NCBI GenBank assembly: GCA_043228905.1
Contig: JBHGNT010000005.1
Coordinates: 2,232,001-2,296,000, forward strand
Source: Azolla caroliniana
Lineage: Eukaryota; Plantae; Polypodiophyta
Length of the DNA: 64,000 bases
Direction: 5' to 3'
Positions 20,688-33,531 of the stretch are shown here, piece after piece (positions within the stretch are counted from its first letter, which is position 1; each line of letters starts with the position of its first letter). The notes beneath the pieces are model-generated. The model was not told where the DNA came from and made no database searches. It worked only from the letters and a program-made list of their open reading frames with translations. A program made the position numbers and the translations under genes.

Positions 20688-23600
20688 ATGGCCTTTGCCT
20701 ACCCTCGCCTTAACGGCGAAACCGACGTCGTAACACATATTTGCATGTTCCTGAATGTCTAGAATGCGAACCACATGGTGCAGAGCCTTTCGGAGGCGGT
20801 AGCACACCAGTCGAAAATGACGGAGTTTGGGTTAACATTAGATGGGTGAGCCACGTTTTGGCATTCACAAATGGATTTACCAGCAATAACAACCTTCGAT
20901 CAGCTACAGTCCGCGTTCTTGCGATTCTTCCATCGAAGGGTTCCACAACGCGAAATCCTCGGACAGTTTTATACGATTAAGCAACTGCCGACAGAGACGA
21001 TAGCGGACTTCAACTTATGCTTCCAAAATTTATGACGAAAACTGGAACGGAGCCCCGTAGAAGACGAGGCTCGGGAAACATTTATGGCAGCTTTACGCCG
21101 GCCCATCCGGGCAACGCTCAACAACAATAGCGTGAAAGGGGAAACAACGGATATGGTAATTGAACGAGCGTTACAGCTCGAGTTGGATGACGAGGAGGAA
21201 AGGTTTTCTATGTCCTCCTTATGACAAGCGTTACCTCAAGATGAGGAACGCCAGTTTCGTCAAGCAATCCAGTGCACGATTTGCTTGAACTCGGGGCATT
21301 CCGCAGTGGACTCAATATGTGAATCCACTGCCCAATCTGCCACTCGAAGGCTCACACAATCGACCAATGCGAGTACAATATGTTAAACAGAGCCACTCCC
21401 TCAGTCCGCATCATGGACACTGGGCTGAACAAAGGAGGCAAGAAGACCGACCCCGGTATAAGGATCGCAACCCACGGGAGGACTGGTACAACCGGAATCG
21501 CCGAAATCACAACGATTTAGAGGAGGACGACCCAGAGGACGTGGATTATCGTGGACATTCGAGTTACGCCAAAGGGGGTCGGCGCTACGAGAATCAACGA
21601 CCAACAAACAAACAGGGCGACTTCAATGGCTATCGGGGTAAGCCACGGCAATATCGGGATCACCGGCGTTACGACGAAAGCTCGGGGGATGAGCGGCACC
21701 AGGAACAACGACGGGACCAACAGTAGCCACCGCGTACGTTCCGACAAACGAGGTCGGACTGCGAGGAGCAAGTAGCACCAGGGGAGCGACACACACCGCC
21801 AGGAGCCGAGAAGGGTGAATCAAGCATCCATTGTTTTATTTGTCAGCAACCTAGACATTATGCCACGTAATGCCCAGCACGCAAGGGAAAGGGGCCCGCT
21901 GTCAATACGATTACAGCGGAGGTGCAGCAAGTCACGACATGCCAACAAACAAAAACGGCGGATTGGGCTGCGCAAGACGAGGTACGCCGACAAGCCCAAG
22001 CGTGGGTGGAAAAAGCAAACGCGACAAATACGGAACGTATGCGGCAGGAGTCCGCAAACACAATGGAGCGAGTAGAGGATGAAAGACCGGTCCAAGACCC
22101 CATTTGGCAGGCGTTAGCGGGCTGTGAGATAACGTTAACTATGGAGAAACTGGTGCAGCTAGTCCCACGCTTCCGCCAGACCATGGAAGAACGGGTGACA
22201 GGCATACCCGGGGTGAGTATCGCTACAAACCTTATAGACGTCAGCAGTGGACCGCCGGTAGTGGATTAGCACAACCCGGCTATTACATTAATATTACACG
22301 GACAGGAAATTCTTGGATGTGTAATCGATGGTGGTTCAGGCGTCAATGTCATTAGCGCGAAAACTTGCGAGTAGTTAGGCATTTCAGAATGGGAGGCTTG
22401 CCCATTCTAGCTCCAAATAGCGGATACCCGCTCAAACGACCATTAGGATTAATTCGCAAAATCGGCATTATCGTGGGCGGACACCGATTCGACATCTCGG
22501 CGGTCGTCCTCGCCTTGGACACCCAGGGGCGTACCCACTGCTTTTGGGCAGACCATGGCTTCCGGCAGCAAATATCAAGCAAAGCTGGCAACACAAGTGT
22601 ATTAGTTTCCGACACGGACGCACCAAGGTTCGCGTACCTACGGAAGGAAGCACGCCACAACCGAAGGGTATAACACCATTATACGCAGAAGATATAAATA
22701 TGTTGGCTGGGGTGGAGGATGCAGAATTGGAGGCATACCTCGACGAGCACCCTCGGATTATTCCGTTGTTTGAAATAGACGTCATCGCAACCGCGACAGA
22801 ATATGCCACGGCCACTGATCTCCACGACGAGCCTTACGAACCAAACCCAGAGTCCATATTGGAACTTAGCAGAGCACGGGCGGCATTCGAAAGGGAAATG
22901 GATATTTCTCGACGAGTCATCGCTTCCGCCCTCGAAGAAGTAAATATGGGTACGGAATCGACGCCTCGTTTCCTCTCCATCACAAAAGAATTACGACCGG
23001 ACCAGCGGAAAACGATGATCACACTACTCACGGAATATAAGGATGTGTTCGCTTGGGCTCACGAGGACATGAAGGGGTTAGATCCCAAGTTCTATCAGCA
23101 TAAGATCAATTTAGCAATCGACGCGAAACCCGTCCAGCAGTGCTGCTACCGCATGAACCCGAACTACGCGACCCGCGTGAAAGAAGAAATTGACAAGCTC
23201 CTGAAAGCGGGGTTCATACGACCAGTTAAACAAGCAACATGGTTAAGCCTGATAGTGGTCGGTCCAAAGAAAAACGGCAAAATACAGGTATGCGTAGATT
23301 ACCAAAAATTAAACGTCGTCACCATTACAGACGCATTTCCCTTACCCTTCACCGATAGCGTACTGGACGCCGTCGCAGGCCATGAGATGTATAGTTTTTT
23401 AGATGGCTTCAATGGCTATAACCAGGTATGCATGCATCCCGAGGACCAAGAGAAGACGACATTTGTCACGGACTGGGGAGTATATGTGGCAGTCGTCATG
23501 ATGTTCGGGCTAAAGACAGCTCTGGAAACATTTCAACGGACAATTACGGAGATATTTGGGGAATACATTCCGACGTTCATGCAAGGTTTTTTAGACGACT

Positions 23601-25774
23601 TTGCGGTATATGGGAAAACAATAGACCATTTTTCGCACTTACAACTGTGCCTGGAACGTTGCCGCACCGCACGCTTAAGCCTGAATCCGGCAAAATGAGC
23701 TTTTGGCGTGACCAACGAGACTCTCTTGGGCCATATAGTTAGCAAGGAGGGAATAGCGGTTGACATGAACAAAATCTCCACGATTACGCAAGCCAACACT
23801 CCGACAAACGCCAAATCACTCAGCTAGTTTTTGGGGCAAATACGGTGGCATAGTCGGATGATACGGTATTTGGCGGATTTCGCCACGCCGTTACACGCTG
23901 TCGTACATCGGACTCCTTTCCAATGGACTGCAACGGAGGATAAGGCCTACGAGGCACCTAAGATAATGCTCACACAGGCTCCCGTCGTACAACTACCAAT
24001 TTGGGCGAAGCCATTCCACGTGTTCGTCGACGCCTCAGACATAGCAATAGGAAGTGCACTAATGCAGCTCACCAAACCAAGCTGGTACCGGCCAATATAC
24101 TATGCTAGTCGCAAATTATCAACAACAGAGCGTAACTACTCCACAACAGAGCGGGAGGCGCTAGGGATGATCTATAACATTAATAAATTCCGGCACTATT
24201 TATTAGGAAGGAAATTCACGTTCCACGTGGATCATTCGGCACTTCTGTATTTGGTGGAGAAACAAGCCTTGACAGGGAAATTGGCGCGGTGGATGCTGCT
24301 GCTCCAGGAATTCGATTTCGTAATCCAACACCGACCAGGGACGCAACACGTAGTGGCGGATTTTTTGAGCAGACTCGAGAATGGAGAAATAGTACAGAAA
24401 GATGATGACGATTTTCCGAACGCCGACATCTTGCGGGTAGCGACACTAGCAGAAAGAACGGAATTGACCTTTTCGGACCGATGGCTTATGGAAATGACGT
24501 ACTTTTTAACTACGGGATTGCCTCCACCACAATTACGCACGGACGAGAAGAAACGACTAGCCGTCCCAAGCCGTCACTTCTGCCTCATCGAAGGCGTTTT
24601 ATATCACAAAGGAAGTGACGGCATTTGGCGACGTGGGGTATGTCAGGATGAGAAGGCAACAGTTTTACGGGAGGCACACTGCGGCACAGCAGGCGGCCAT
24701 TACGCGGGCGACGTTACAGCCCGGAAAGTATGGCAGACGGGCCTATGGTGGCCAACAACGCAGAAGGACGCATCCGAGTATAGTCGAAAGTGTGATTTGT
24801 GTCAACAGATGGGACAACCCGCGGAGGGCGCAAAAATGCCACACCAGCCCGTATTACCACTAGACCCCTTCCAAAAGTGGGGATTGGATTTTGTGGGGCC
24901 CTTCACAACAGCGGCGGCCCAGACGGGCAATAAATACATATTGGTAGCCATGGATTACTGCACCAAATGGGTAGAAACAAAGGCCCTACGTGAAAATACG
25001 GCGGCCGTCATAGCCAGGTTCCTTTACGAGCACATCTAGTGCCGGTTCGGCTGCCCAATTGAGCTCATCAGTGACCAGGGGAGTTACTTTCTCAATACGG
25101 TGGTTCGGGAACTAACACATCATTACGCCGTAGTCCATAAGAAGAGCACGCCATATTATCCGCAGGCGAATGGATTAGCAGAATCCACCATTTTGAAGAA
25201 AATCGTCAATGAAAATAGAACAAACTGGGATACCAAACTACAGAGTGCGTTATGGGCGTACAGAACTAGGTACAAAACAAGCATACAGTCAACACCGTTT
25301 CGACTAGCGTTTGGGCTGGAGGCTGTGATGCCGGTCGAATTTCAGATACCTAGTTTGCGAATTCAGGTACGGAACCGACTATCAGAAGCCAAGTCGGAGG
25401 AGATACGGCTCTACCAACTCCTCGAACTAGGGGAAAAACGCATCCACAACATGGCAGTGCTAGAGCAGGAACGACGACGGCATAAAGTGTTTGTGGATCG
25501 ACATCGGAACGCAAGGGAAAAGGAGTTTGTCGTGGGTCGAGCGGTGCAAGTTTTCCAAACGCGCATGGGCCATATGCCGGGGAAGTTACAATTCCGTTGG
25601 ACCGGCCCATACTAGATAATTGGAGCAGAACAAGGCACGTTCCAACTAGGTACGCTAGCCGGAGAAATAGTACGGCAAAAGGTGAATGGGTTTCGGCTCA
25701 AACCTTACCTGGGCCCTACGCCACCTAACCCATTCACCGCCGAACCGGACAGAGCCGAAGAACCCGCAATGTAA
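20688..25774 (+). pseudogene. Gypsy gag-pol with premature stops and frameshifts
   Basis: Contains gag with CCHC knuckles, protease VIDGGSGVNV (~22320), RT (FLDGFNGYNQV, FLDDF), RNase H (VFVDASDIAIG, NYSTTEREAL) and integrase (H..GGH..CDLC, WGLDFVGPF, GPY). Confidence 0.92.
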
Positions 25775-26096
25775 AATGGACGGCCCCACTTGTATCATAA
25801 TGTAAAAATAGGTAAATAACCGTTACGAAAAAAATTAAAAATGGAGAAGATAGCGACTATTAAAACGACTAAAGGCATGCACAAACTCCTAGTTCAAGAA
25901 CACGCGGCACCACGATGGCTCACCGCCCAATGAACCCTAAGCCACAAATAGAAGGAAACAAAAGATTTTCTGCACAAAACAGAAACCCATCTTCTAGCTA
26001 TCCGCGCCCCCATCGCTCCTCCCCCTCACCTTCTCCCCATCCTATCACAGAGCTCCAACCCACCGCAACCACCCGTCTCCTTCCCACGAACCTACT

Positions 26097-28855
26097 TTGG
26101 CGATGCCGATCTTCATCTCTATTGCCCTACGCCGATGGCTCGTGGAGAAACGCCTGGATGGGTACATCCGAGTCGCAGAAGCACCTCCACACCCGGATGC
26201 CATGGACATCGCCAGGAAGCTTAACATCGACACGGTCACCAACTCTTCCATCCGGAAGAAGTTGGACCTATCCTCACTAGGCGAAAGACATTTCGAAATA
26301 CCTCCTGCAGAGGCGCTGCAGCGGTATTTGGGTCCATATTCCTCCTCCGCCAAGGCCTATAGAACAAAGCAGATTCCGGATCCCTTCTTCCGTGAAGCTG
26401 CCAAGTTCCTACTAGAAGTCGGCTGCGTACATGTCAACGCATATGGATGCCTAAGCAAAAGGCGGGCATCATTATCGATACCTTCGAAGGGTGTGCCGTC
26501 GACTGGGGGGTCATCACAGGGTCGGCGTTAAGGGAAGGCCTGCATGCGTACCAAGCAAGCAAAAAGCTCAGGCTGATCATACAACAGTACCTTACGGTAC
26601 TATTTCCACCTTGAGGCCTGCCGGCACCACAGCCCAGCCGCTCCCCGCCCCGATCCGCGAAGCGCAGGTTAGCGGAATTATCGGCCCCAGAGTGGGAAGA
26701 GGAACCCCAACCCGCCCAACCAAACCCAAGGACAACACCTCCCACCGACCATCCGGACACACGGACAACGCAGGAGGAACAACCGACACGTTCCATGGAA
26801 GCAGCCCCAGAGCCAGACATCGAAACACGGTAGGAGAGCCCCAGACCAAAACGGCGTAGATTGGACAGGAAAGATGGGCAGGGGCTAGTCAAAAACGCCC
26901 CCACGACGACAGAAACACCGACCGAAGGCGATGGCTCCGCAGCTACGGAACCCAATACCACCTTTGAAATCATCCGGGAGCCACGGCCGATCATTACGAC
27001 CCAATCCCAACAAGGGAAAGTTGTATTGACGGCAGAAAGCGAGGTTTTGGCATATCCAGATATCCCAGATACGGCCCACGAGTTCAGCGCCCTCTTGCAG
27101 TTCGGTACTTCTTTTGAGCTCATGGAGTTCTTGGCAACGCAACAGGTAAAAGCCGCCCAACGAATGGCTGAAGAGCATGCGGAACACTAGATGATCGAGC
27201 GCGCCCTAACACAAACAACGGAGAGCGACGATGAGGACCGAGTAGCCAGGGTCGGCAGACAGAGGAATGTCGGGGTACGCCGAGTGGGGATGGAGATACC
27301 CCCATTAAACACGGCCCTAGTCGAAGTCCATCGGGAACTGGCAAAGGTCAGCACGGGCGCCAAGGAGATGGCCATAAAAAATAAGAATGTCTGGAAGAAG
27401 GTTAAACTGACCCAAGCCGAACTGCAAAAAGCCAACGCACGCGTCGCGGAGTTGGAAGCTCACGTGACTACGGCGCAACACGCAACCCCGCCCCCGAACC
27501 ACGCCATCGACACTCTAAAAGAAGAAATAGAGGCTCAGACCGCCATCGCCTCAAAAGCGAAAAGGGCCGTGCAACTAGCGGAATCTGAAATTGACCGCCT
27601 TCGAGCAGAACTACGCCAATCCTCAGACAGAGAAAAGGAGATACGGGCTAACAGCCGAAAGGCAGTAAAAACCCTTGAAGAGAAACTTGCTACAGAGGTA
27701 GCTCAGCACATCCGAACAAAAGACGACAACGCCCAATTACGGGAGGACGCAAAGAAATCGGAGGCGGCAATAGCGGGACTTCGGGCCTTATTAGAAAAAA
27801 AGAAGATATGGTTCGACGAGCAGTTGGTGGTCGAACAAGACAGGAGGCATCAACTCAAAATCCGCCTAAACGATGAAATGGGGAAATTAGAAGAACAACA
27901 TGCAAAGGAATCCCAGTTGTGGGCAGGCCTGAAGGCCACGTACGAGGAAGCGGCAGCGATTAAACAGCAGGAAATCGCAAATCTCCAGAAGTCGATGGAA
28001 GACGCACGCACCTGTTGCCAGGCCATCACAGATAACGTGTGTATCCTTCTCCAAACAAATCGGGAGAGGTTCACAGCACAATTGAAAATGGCGTTGGACA
28101 AAGGATGGATGGCGTGGGCAACCCAAGCATCAGAATTGCACGCGTATCGTGCGGATTGGGAGAACCGGCGAAAAGACGGTCGAGGTTTCTATAAACTAAA
28201 TGAGGAGAGCATTGCGGCTGTACGGGAGGACCTAGCGCAAGACTATCGTGCGTTAGTGGACCAACACTCTGAAGAACTCGCGCAGCTCTTAGATGATTTT
28301 GGTGAAATCCAGGAGGAGCTATTTCACTAGATCACACAAGCCGGCAACACGTAGGAATCCAGCGCAACGCCAATTCCGGGCACATCCGAAGAAGAGGAAC
28401 CTCAGGCCCAATCACCAGAAATGACAACGATGGAGAATAGCGGGGACCGACGAGCGGAGTTCCCCATAGGACCAGACAGCGAAACCACTGTACAACAAGA
28501 GGTTCATCCGCACGAGCCCACACTATCATCAGACCACACGAAGAACGGTGTGGGCCAGGCGGAATCTCCGCCCCACTCCCCGGAACGTACAAAAACGGTC
28601 GACACTATGGAGGACGCAACAATAGAGGTAGAGTCACAGCTGACTGCAAGCACGACAACAGCGGAGCCCAACCCACTAGCTCAAGAAGAGTCCATTGTAC
28701 CCGAACCGCCCACACACGGCGAAGGCAACTCCGAGAGAAACCAGCCCGACCAAATAGGGGAGCCACACCATGATGCACCTACGGGCCCTACGTCACCTAC
28801 GGACGCGGACACCGCAGCAGAGCCAAACATCCGGGTCATTTTGGAAGAGGATTAA
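26097..28855 (+). pseudogene. Extra sense ORF of the gypsy (~900 aa reconstructed: globular N-terminus, disordered linker, long coiled coil, acidic tail)
   Basis: ORFs 26861-27190, 27191-28330 and 28421-28855 share one frame and are separated only by TAG codons. One frameshift near 26460 links them to 26097. Confidence 0.75.
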
Positions 28856-28902
28856 CGGGATGGGTCCGACGTGCCAAGGCACTGTCCCACAGGCATGCCA
28901 GG

Positions 28903-29344
28903 TGCTGTCCACCGGAATAGTAACCGACGGACAAAAAAACGTAGGAATAGGAAATAATATAGGAGCATAACGCATGTAACGGTTCACACAGGAAGCATGA
29001 ACGGCTAAATAGACCCTATATATATAAAGGGCAGAAAACCTCTAATAGAGGGTGTGTGTAATTTTGGGAATGTAAAGAAACGCCTGATAATAGAATTTTA
29101 TCTTCTCTAATTTCCTATGTATAGCTACGGCTAATTCACTGTGTGTGTCTTGAATACCTAAGCGTTTAAGTACGTAAGTGTAACCCTTGATAGGGATTTG
29201 GTTGTAGCCATCTCCCTTATACGCTGATAGGTTACAGGGATTCTTCCCCTACCCATTACGCTTAAACACTTGTTCGTTGTTCCACACCCACTTTGAGGTC
29301 TAGGTCGAAGGACTGACCGCGGACCGTGTTCCTAATCGGCAACA
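28903..29344 (+). repeat. 3' LTR
   Basis: Direct repeat of 19958-20399. Confidence 0.95.
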
Positions 29345-32300
29345 GTTGGCAGCTTCTATAGTTCAACTCAATATATTTTCAATACCATTATGTTGAAGCA
29401 TATCATCCTTACTTGATTCGGAAACTCCAACTTCCAAGGTTGTCTCCATCTTGGTTGAATAACCAATACTAGACTTATTTTTGGATTCTTTTTTTTCCCC
29501 AAAAAAGAATATATTGCATTAGTTAAAAATGTCCTTCTATACACAACTTTAGTCTCTTTGTCGGGTAGTCCTTGCCTAAATTATCATATCATCCTTAGCT
29601 ACTATATACCCTATGTTGATTGTACAAAAGCTCACCACCATACGTCTACTTACATCGAGGCAGCATCTCATATTTATCTTACACTTTCGCATATGTCTCT
29701 AACTGATCTATACCTGATTATGTTTATTCCTTAGTTATCCACCCACTATCCATACACATCATTTACATTCAATAGCCCACATGTTCGTTCTCTATGCATC
29801 TCATCTCATTCAATGCTAGACTTGTTTTTGGATTCTTCTCTAAAGCTTTGCTTGGTCCATTAGGCAATTTATCCTAAAACATTTTGTGTCATCCTTTACA
29901 TATGGAATGTCATATATATTTTCAAATATTTTGTAATTAGTATTGATGGGGGAAACTTACTTGTTTATAATTTGGTATTGGGAAGTGTTTTAATAGTTTT
30001 GAAAATTTATTGTGACAATTATTTATGACAAAAAAACAAACTTAGATAGATTCGCCTAAACTTAATAGAAAAAATAAAGAGAATTAAGTGTTTATTAGTT
30101 CAATAAGTCTTAACATTATCTCGGTTTTTCATTCGCTCATATTGTGAATAAGCCCAAACCTCTATACTAATAGCAAATCCTTCATCACATATTCCCTTTC
30201 TTATTGAGATCATAAACCTGTTATCATGTATATCTTTTTCTTTTTTTCTTTTTTCCAAAAAGTTATCATATATATCTTATGGATCGGTTCAATAAATTGC
30301 AATAATATAGAAGTTTCCTCTCAAATAAAGGGGTGGTAGGTGACATCACCTTCAACATTGAAATGGTCGCTGCTAACACTAATGCTACCAATTTAATATC
30401 TTGATATATTTTTGGCATGAACTATATCATAATCATTCTATTGGATTAAAGATTCATATTCAATCTCACACTTATGTTTTCTCGGACATTTCTCTTCAGT
30501 GCCACAAATTTTAAAATATTGATACTACTTGGGTTACCTAGGTAGCTTATTATTAGATGATTTATCTAATTTTATACGAGTTTGAAATGGATCTAATATT
30601 TTGTTCCACTCATCAACGTCATTTAAAATATCTCCAATCTCACAAAATAAAGAAATGACGAATGTCTAGTCAAAATGAATGAGCTACGATTCATGCACTA
30701 ATGAAGAATGTCTAATCCTGAAGTTTCTTTTGCTCGTAGGTAACATGAGAGAGATTTAGCTCAATTTTATTCTCTCATCACATCTCAAATTTATGCTAGA
30801 ATTAGCTAAATAAATGCCAAAAGCGTAACAAAAGATAAGAAACCGGGAAAATCAAAGATGTACTTTTGGCAACAAATTAGTGATAAAGTAGGTACGAGGA
30901 AAAAACTTAATTGCGCATACCAAGTGAATACCTATTACCAACGATTAATTAGTTGCTCCAAAAGTGTCAAAGATTGTGGGGTTGATGTTAGGCAGTGTAC
31001 GTGGGTATCCAAAGAATCTCCATTTCTTTCTTCTCAACAAGAAGATTTGACATCACTCAAAGAATAAAGTTTCCATGAAGTCGAGGCATGTTCGTTGGAG
31101 CTTACATGCCCTTGCCCCATGGCATTGATTTAGGATCTATACACATCTATAGTGCCTTTTTTATGTGTAAAATAATGATGGTGCAAACACCTAAATGAGC
31201 TTTTTCACTTATTCTAATATAGTGTATGGTAAAAGGATTCCTCATTTCCCCTCGATCTCTACTTCCCAACTAATAAAAAGTATGTTGCTTGCCCCTCTAT
31301 GGTTTTCTCTTCATTTTATAGTCAAGCTATATGCCATTTCCGTGGGAATGGGGCTACTATGATGCTTCAAATGTAACTTCACCTCTTTCTCTAACTTGTA
31401 GATTTATATATTCTACAAAACATATTCCGACTCTTTAAATAAAGGTCCACTAACCTTTAGAATGTTTAATAACTCTTAATAACTAAAAATCACCAAGATT
31501 AAATAACCATAAATACCTACACGCCATGATTTCTCCATGTTTTATAGTAGCTAATCAAAACTTCGTTTTTTTCCCAAAGAGAAAAATATAATGTAACTTC
31601 CTATTTGCAACTTGCTTTCTGCTTTATATAAGAATGTAATGATATGTGTGACTATAAATTTAAGACCATATTAAATAATGTTATCGTCAAGTGAACGATG
31701 GAAGATCAAGCATATGCAGGTGTTGCTAAGAATATGAAATTTGCGAGTTTGAATCTTACATCCAAGCTCATAAGGTCATTCTACTTCAAAATTAGTTGAG
31801 CACCACCATCTCGTGAGGAGCTACCCACCTAAAGGGGATAACCCATCTTTGGGGATACATACTAAGAAGGGGAATGGAAAGCTCCATGGGATACTAAAGA
31901 CCAACCTTTTACTATTTGTTGCTCCAAAAGAGTTACCGTAGGCGACATATTCAAAGCCACTTTTTTCAAGAACTATTATGCAACATCGCTTCACAAACCT
32001 TTACTATTATGTGCAAGAGGAACACCTCGAGAGATTGCCATACAAAAAGGATAAGTCATCGATTTGGTTTTTACAAGTGTTATTACTCTCGACCAATCTC
32101 AACAAAGGTTCCTTCTTTTAAATGCTACTAAAGAAAACGTCTTCCAATTGCTTTCATTAACAAAGTAGATTAAGCAATCACTCCAAGTGTGACTTTTGCC
32201 AACATTCCATGATATTTGGTGTATGTGGATGAATGTTAAGGCAAATTAAGAAGAGAACAGAAATTTTTAAAATTGTTCCACATACTATGAAAGAATGTTA

Positions 32301-33370
32301 AGAAGAGTTGAGAATATTTAAAAACCATCTCTTATACTAGGAAAAAAGTCTTGGGAAATTAGGAATACATACATCAATATATGGCCACTAGAAAAGCCAA
32401 CAATTTAATCATCAATAGTAAATGTTAATATGAAGGCCATTTTATTGCACTTAATCTATTAATCCTTACAAAAACTAGTCGGTAACAATACGAACGCTTG
32501 GGAGAAAATCTCTAATCCTAAGCATGACAACAATCCTTCATAGCATACCCATCGAGTGAGTCTCTCATTCTAAAATCCCCAAGTTTCAACCATGACAACA
32601 AGCTACCTTGTTCACATTCGTGACACAACGTCAATCGTTGAAATGTCTCCAATCTCGAGCACGATCACAATTTCTCGTAACATTTCACATTGAGAGGTCT
32701 CCAATCGTTGGAGCATGACAACAATCATGTTGGTCGAGCCAAGAGGGCCGGGTCATTCGATGGGAATGAGGAGGCCGATGTCTTTCTTGTTCAAACTGCT
32801 TGTCGAAGAAAGGAGCGAGAATGAGGAGATGGACTTACCGATTCTTTCTAACTCGACCACATTCCCCGTTCTTTCTTTCTTTTTCTTTATTCCGAGGAGA
32901 GGTGTGCGGCAGGTAGGTATCCAAGCCTATAGCAGCAAGGGTGATGATGCTGACATGTGATGCAAGTGTCGAGCGATGCGATTTAACGACACTGTATACG
33001 GTAGGTAGTAGAGGAGGATTTTTTTTTTTTCTCACATGATGTCTCGATGCCCGCTCTTGGGTTGGGCCGAGAAGGCGAGCTGGTTTTTGAAATGGGCCCG
33101 AGGATATGGTTCTTTTATATGTATGGATATGGAAGGAAGAGAAGAACTAACTAGAACGAGTCAAAAACGTGAACAAAATGAATCTCCGGTGATGGGGGGG
33201 GGGGGGGGGGGGGGAGGGGAGGCGGAGGAGGGTGGTTTTGAATTTGTCAAAAACCGCTAGGGGCAGTTTTGGAGATTAGAGGAATATCAGGAAACGATGC
33301 CTTCGTCTTCGTCTTCTTCGTCTTCTTCTTCTTCTTGCTTCGACAGAGTGGTAGCCGTTGGATGAAGTGT

Positions 33371-33375
<5 letters not shown>

Positions 33376-33412
<37 letters not shown>

Positions 33413-33421
33413 AAAAGAGAG
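33376..33421. repeat. (GA)n microsatellite in the predicted GAE leader region
   Basis: Direct reading. A (GCCATC)n run follows at ~33478-33506. Confidence 0.85.
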
Positions 33422-33531
33422 ACCAGGGTACACAGAGTTAAAGGAGGAAAGAAGAAGGAAAGCCCGTCTCACATTAGATCGCCATCGCCATCGCCATCGC
33501 CATCGCTATTCACAGCCAAGCAAATTCCGAG

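Larger units (their letters stand above)
19958..29344 (+). mobile_element. Full-length decayed Ty3/gypsy (non-chromovirus) with an extra 3' ORF
   Basis: Two 442-bp LTRs and a TSD GTTGG (19953-19957 and 29345-29349). Domain order is gag-PR-RT-RH-INT, with no chromodomain or second RNase H seen. Confidence 0.95.

Noticed and set aside
30858-30950. SANT/Myb-like peptide FWQQISDKVGTR
   Set aside because: Too short and without supporting exons. It may be a TE remnant but cannot be supported.
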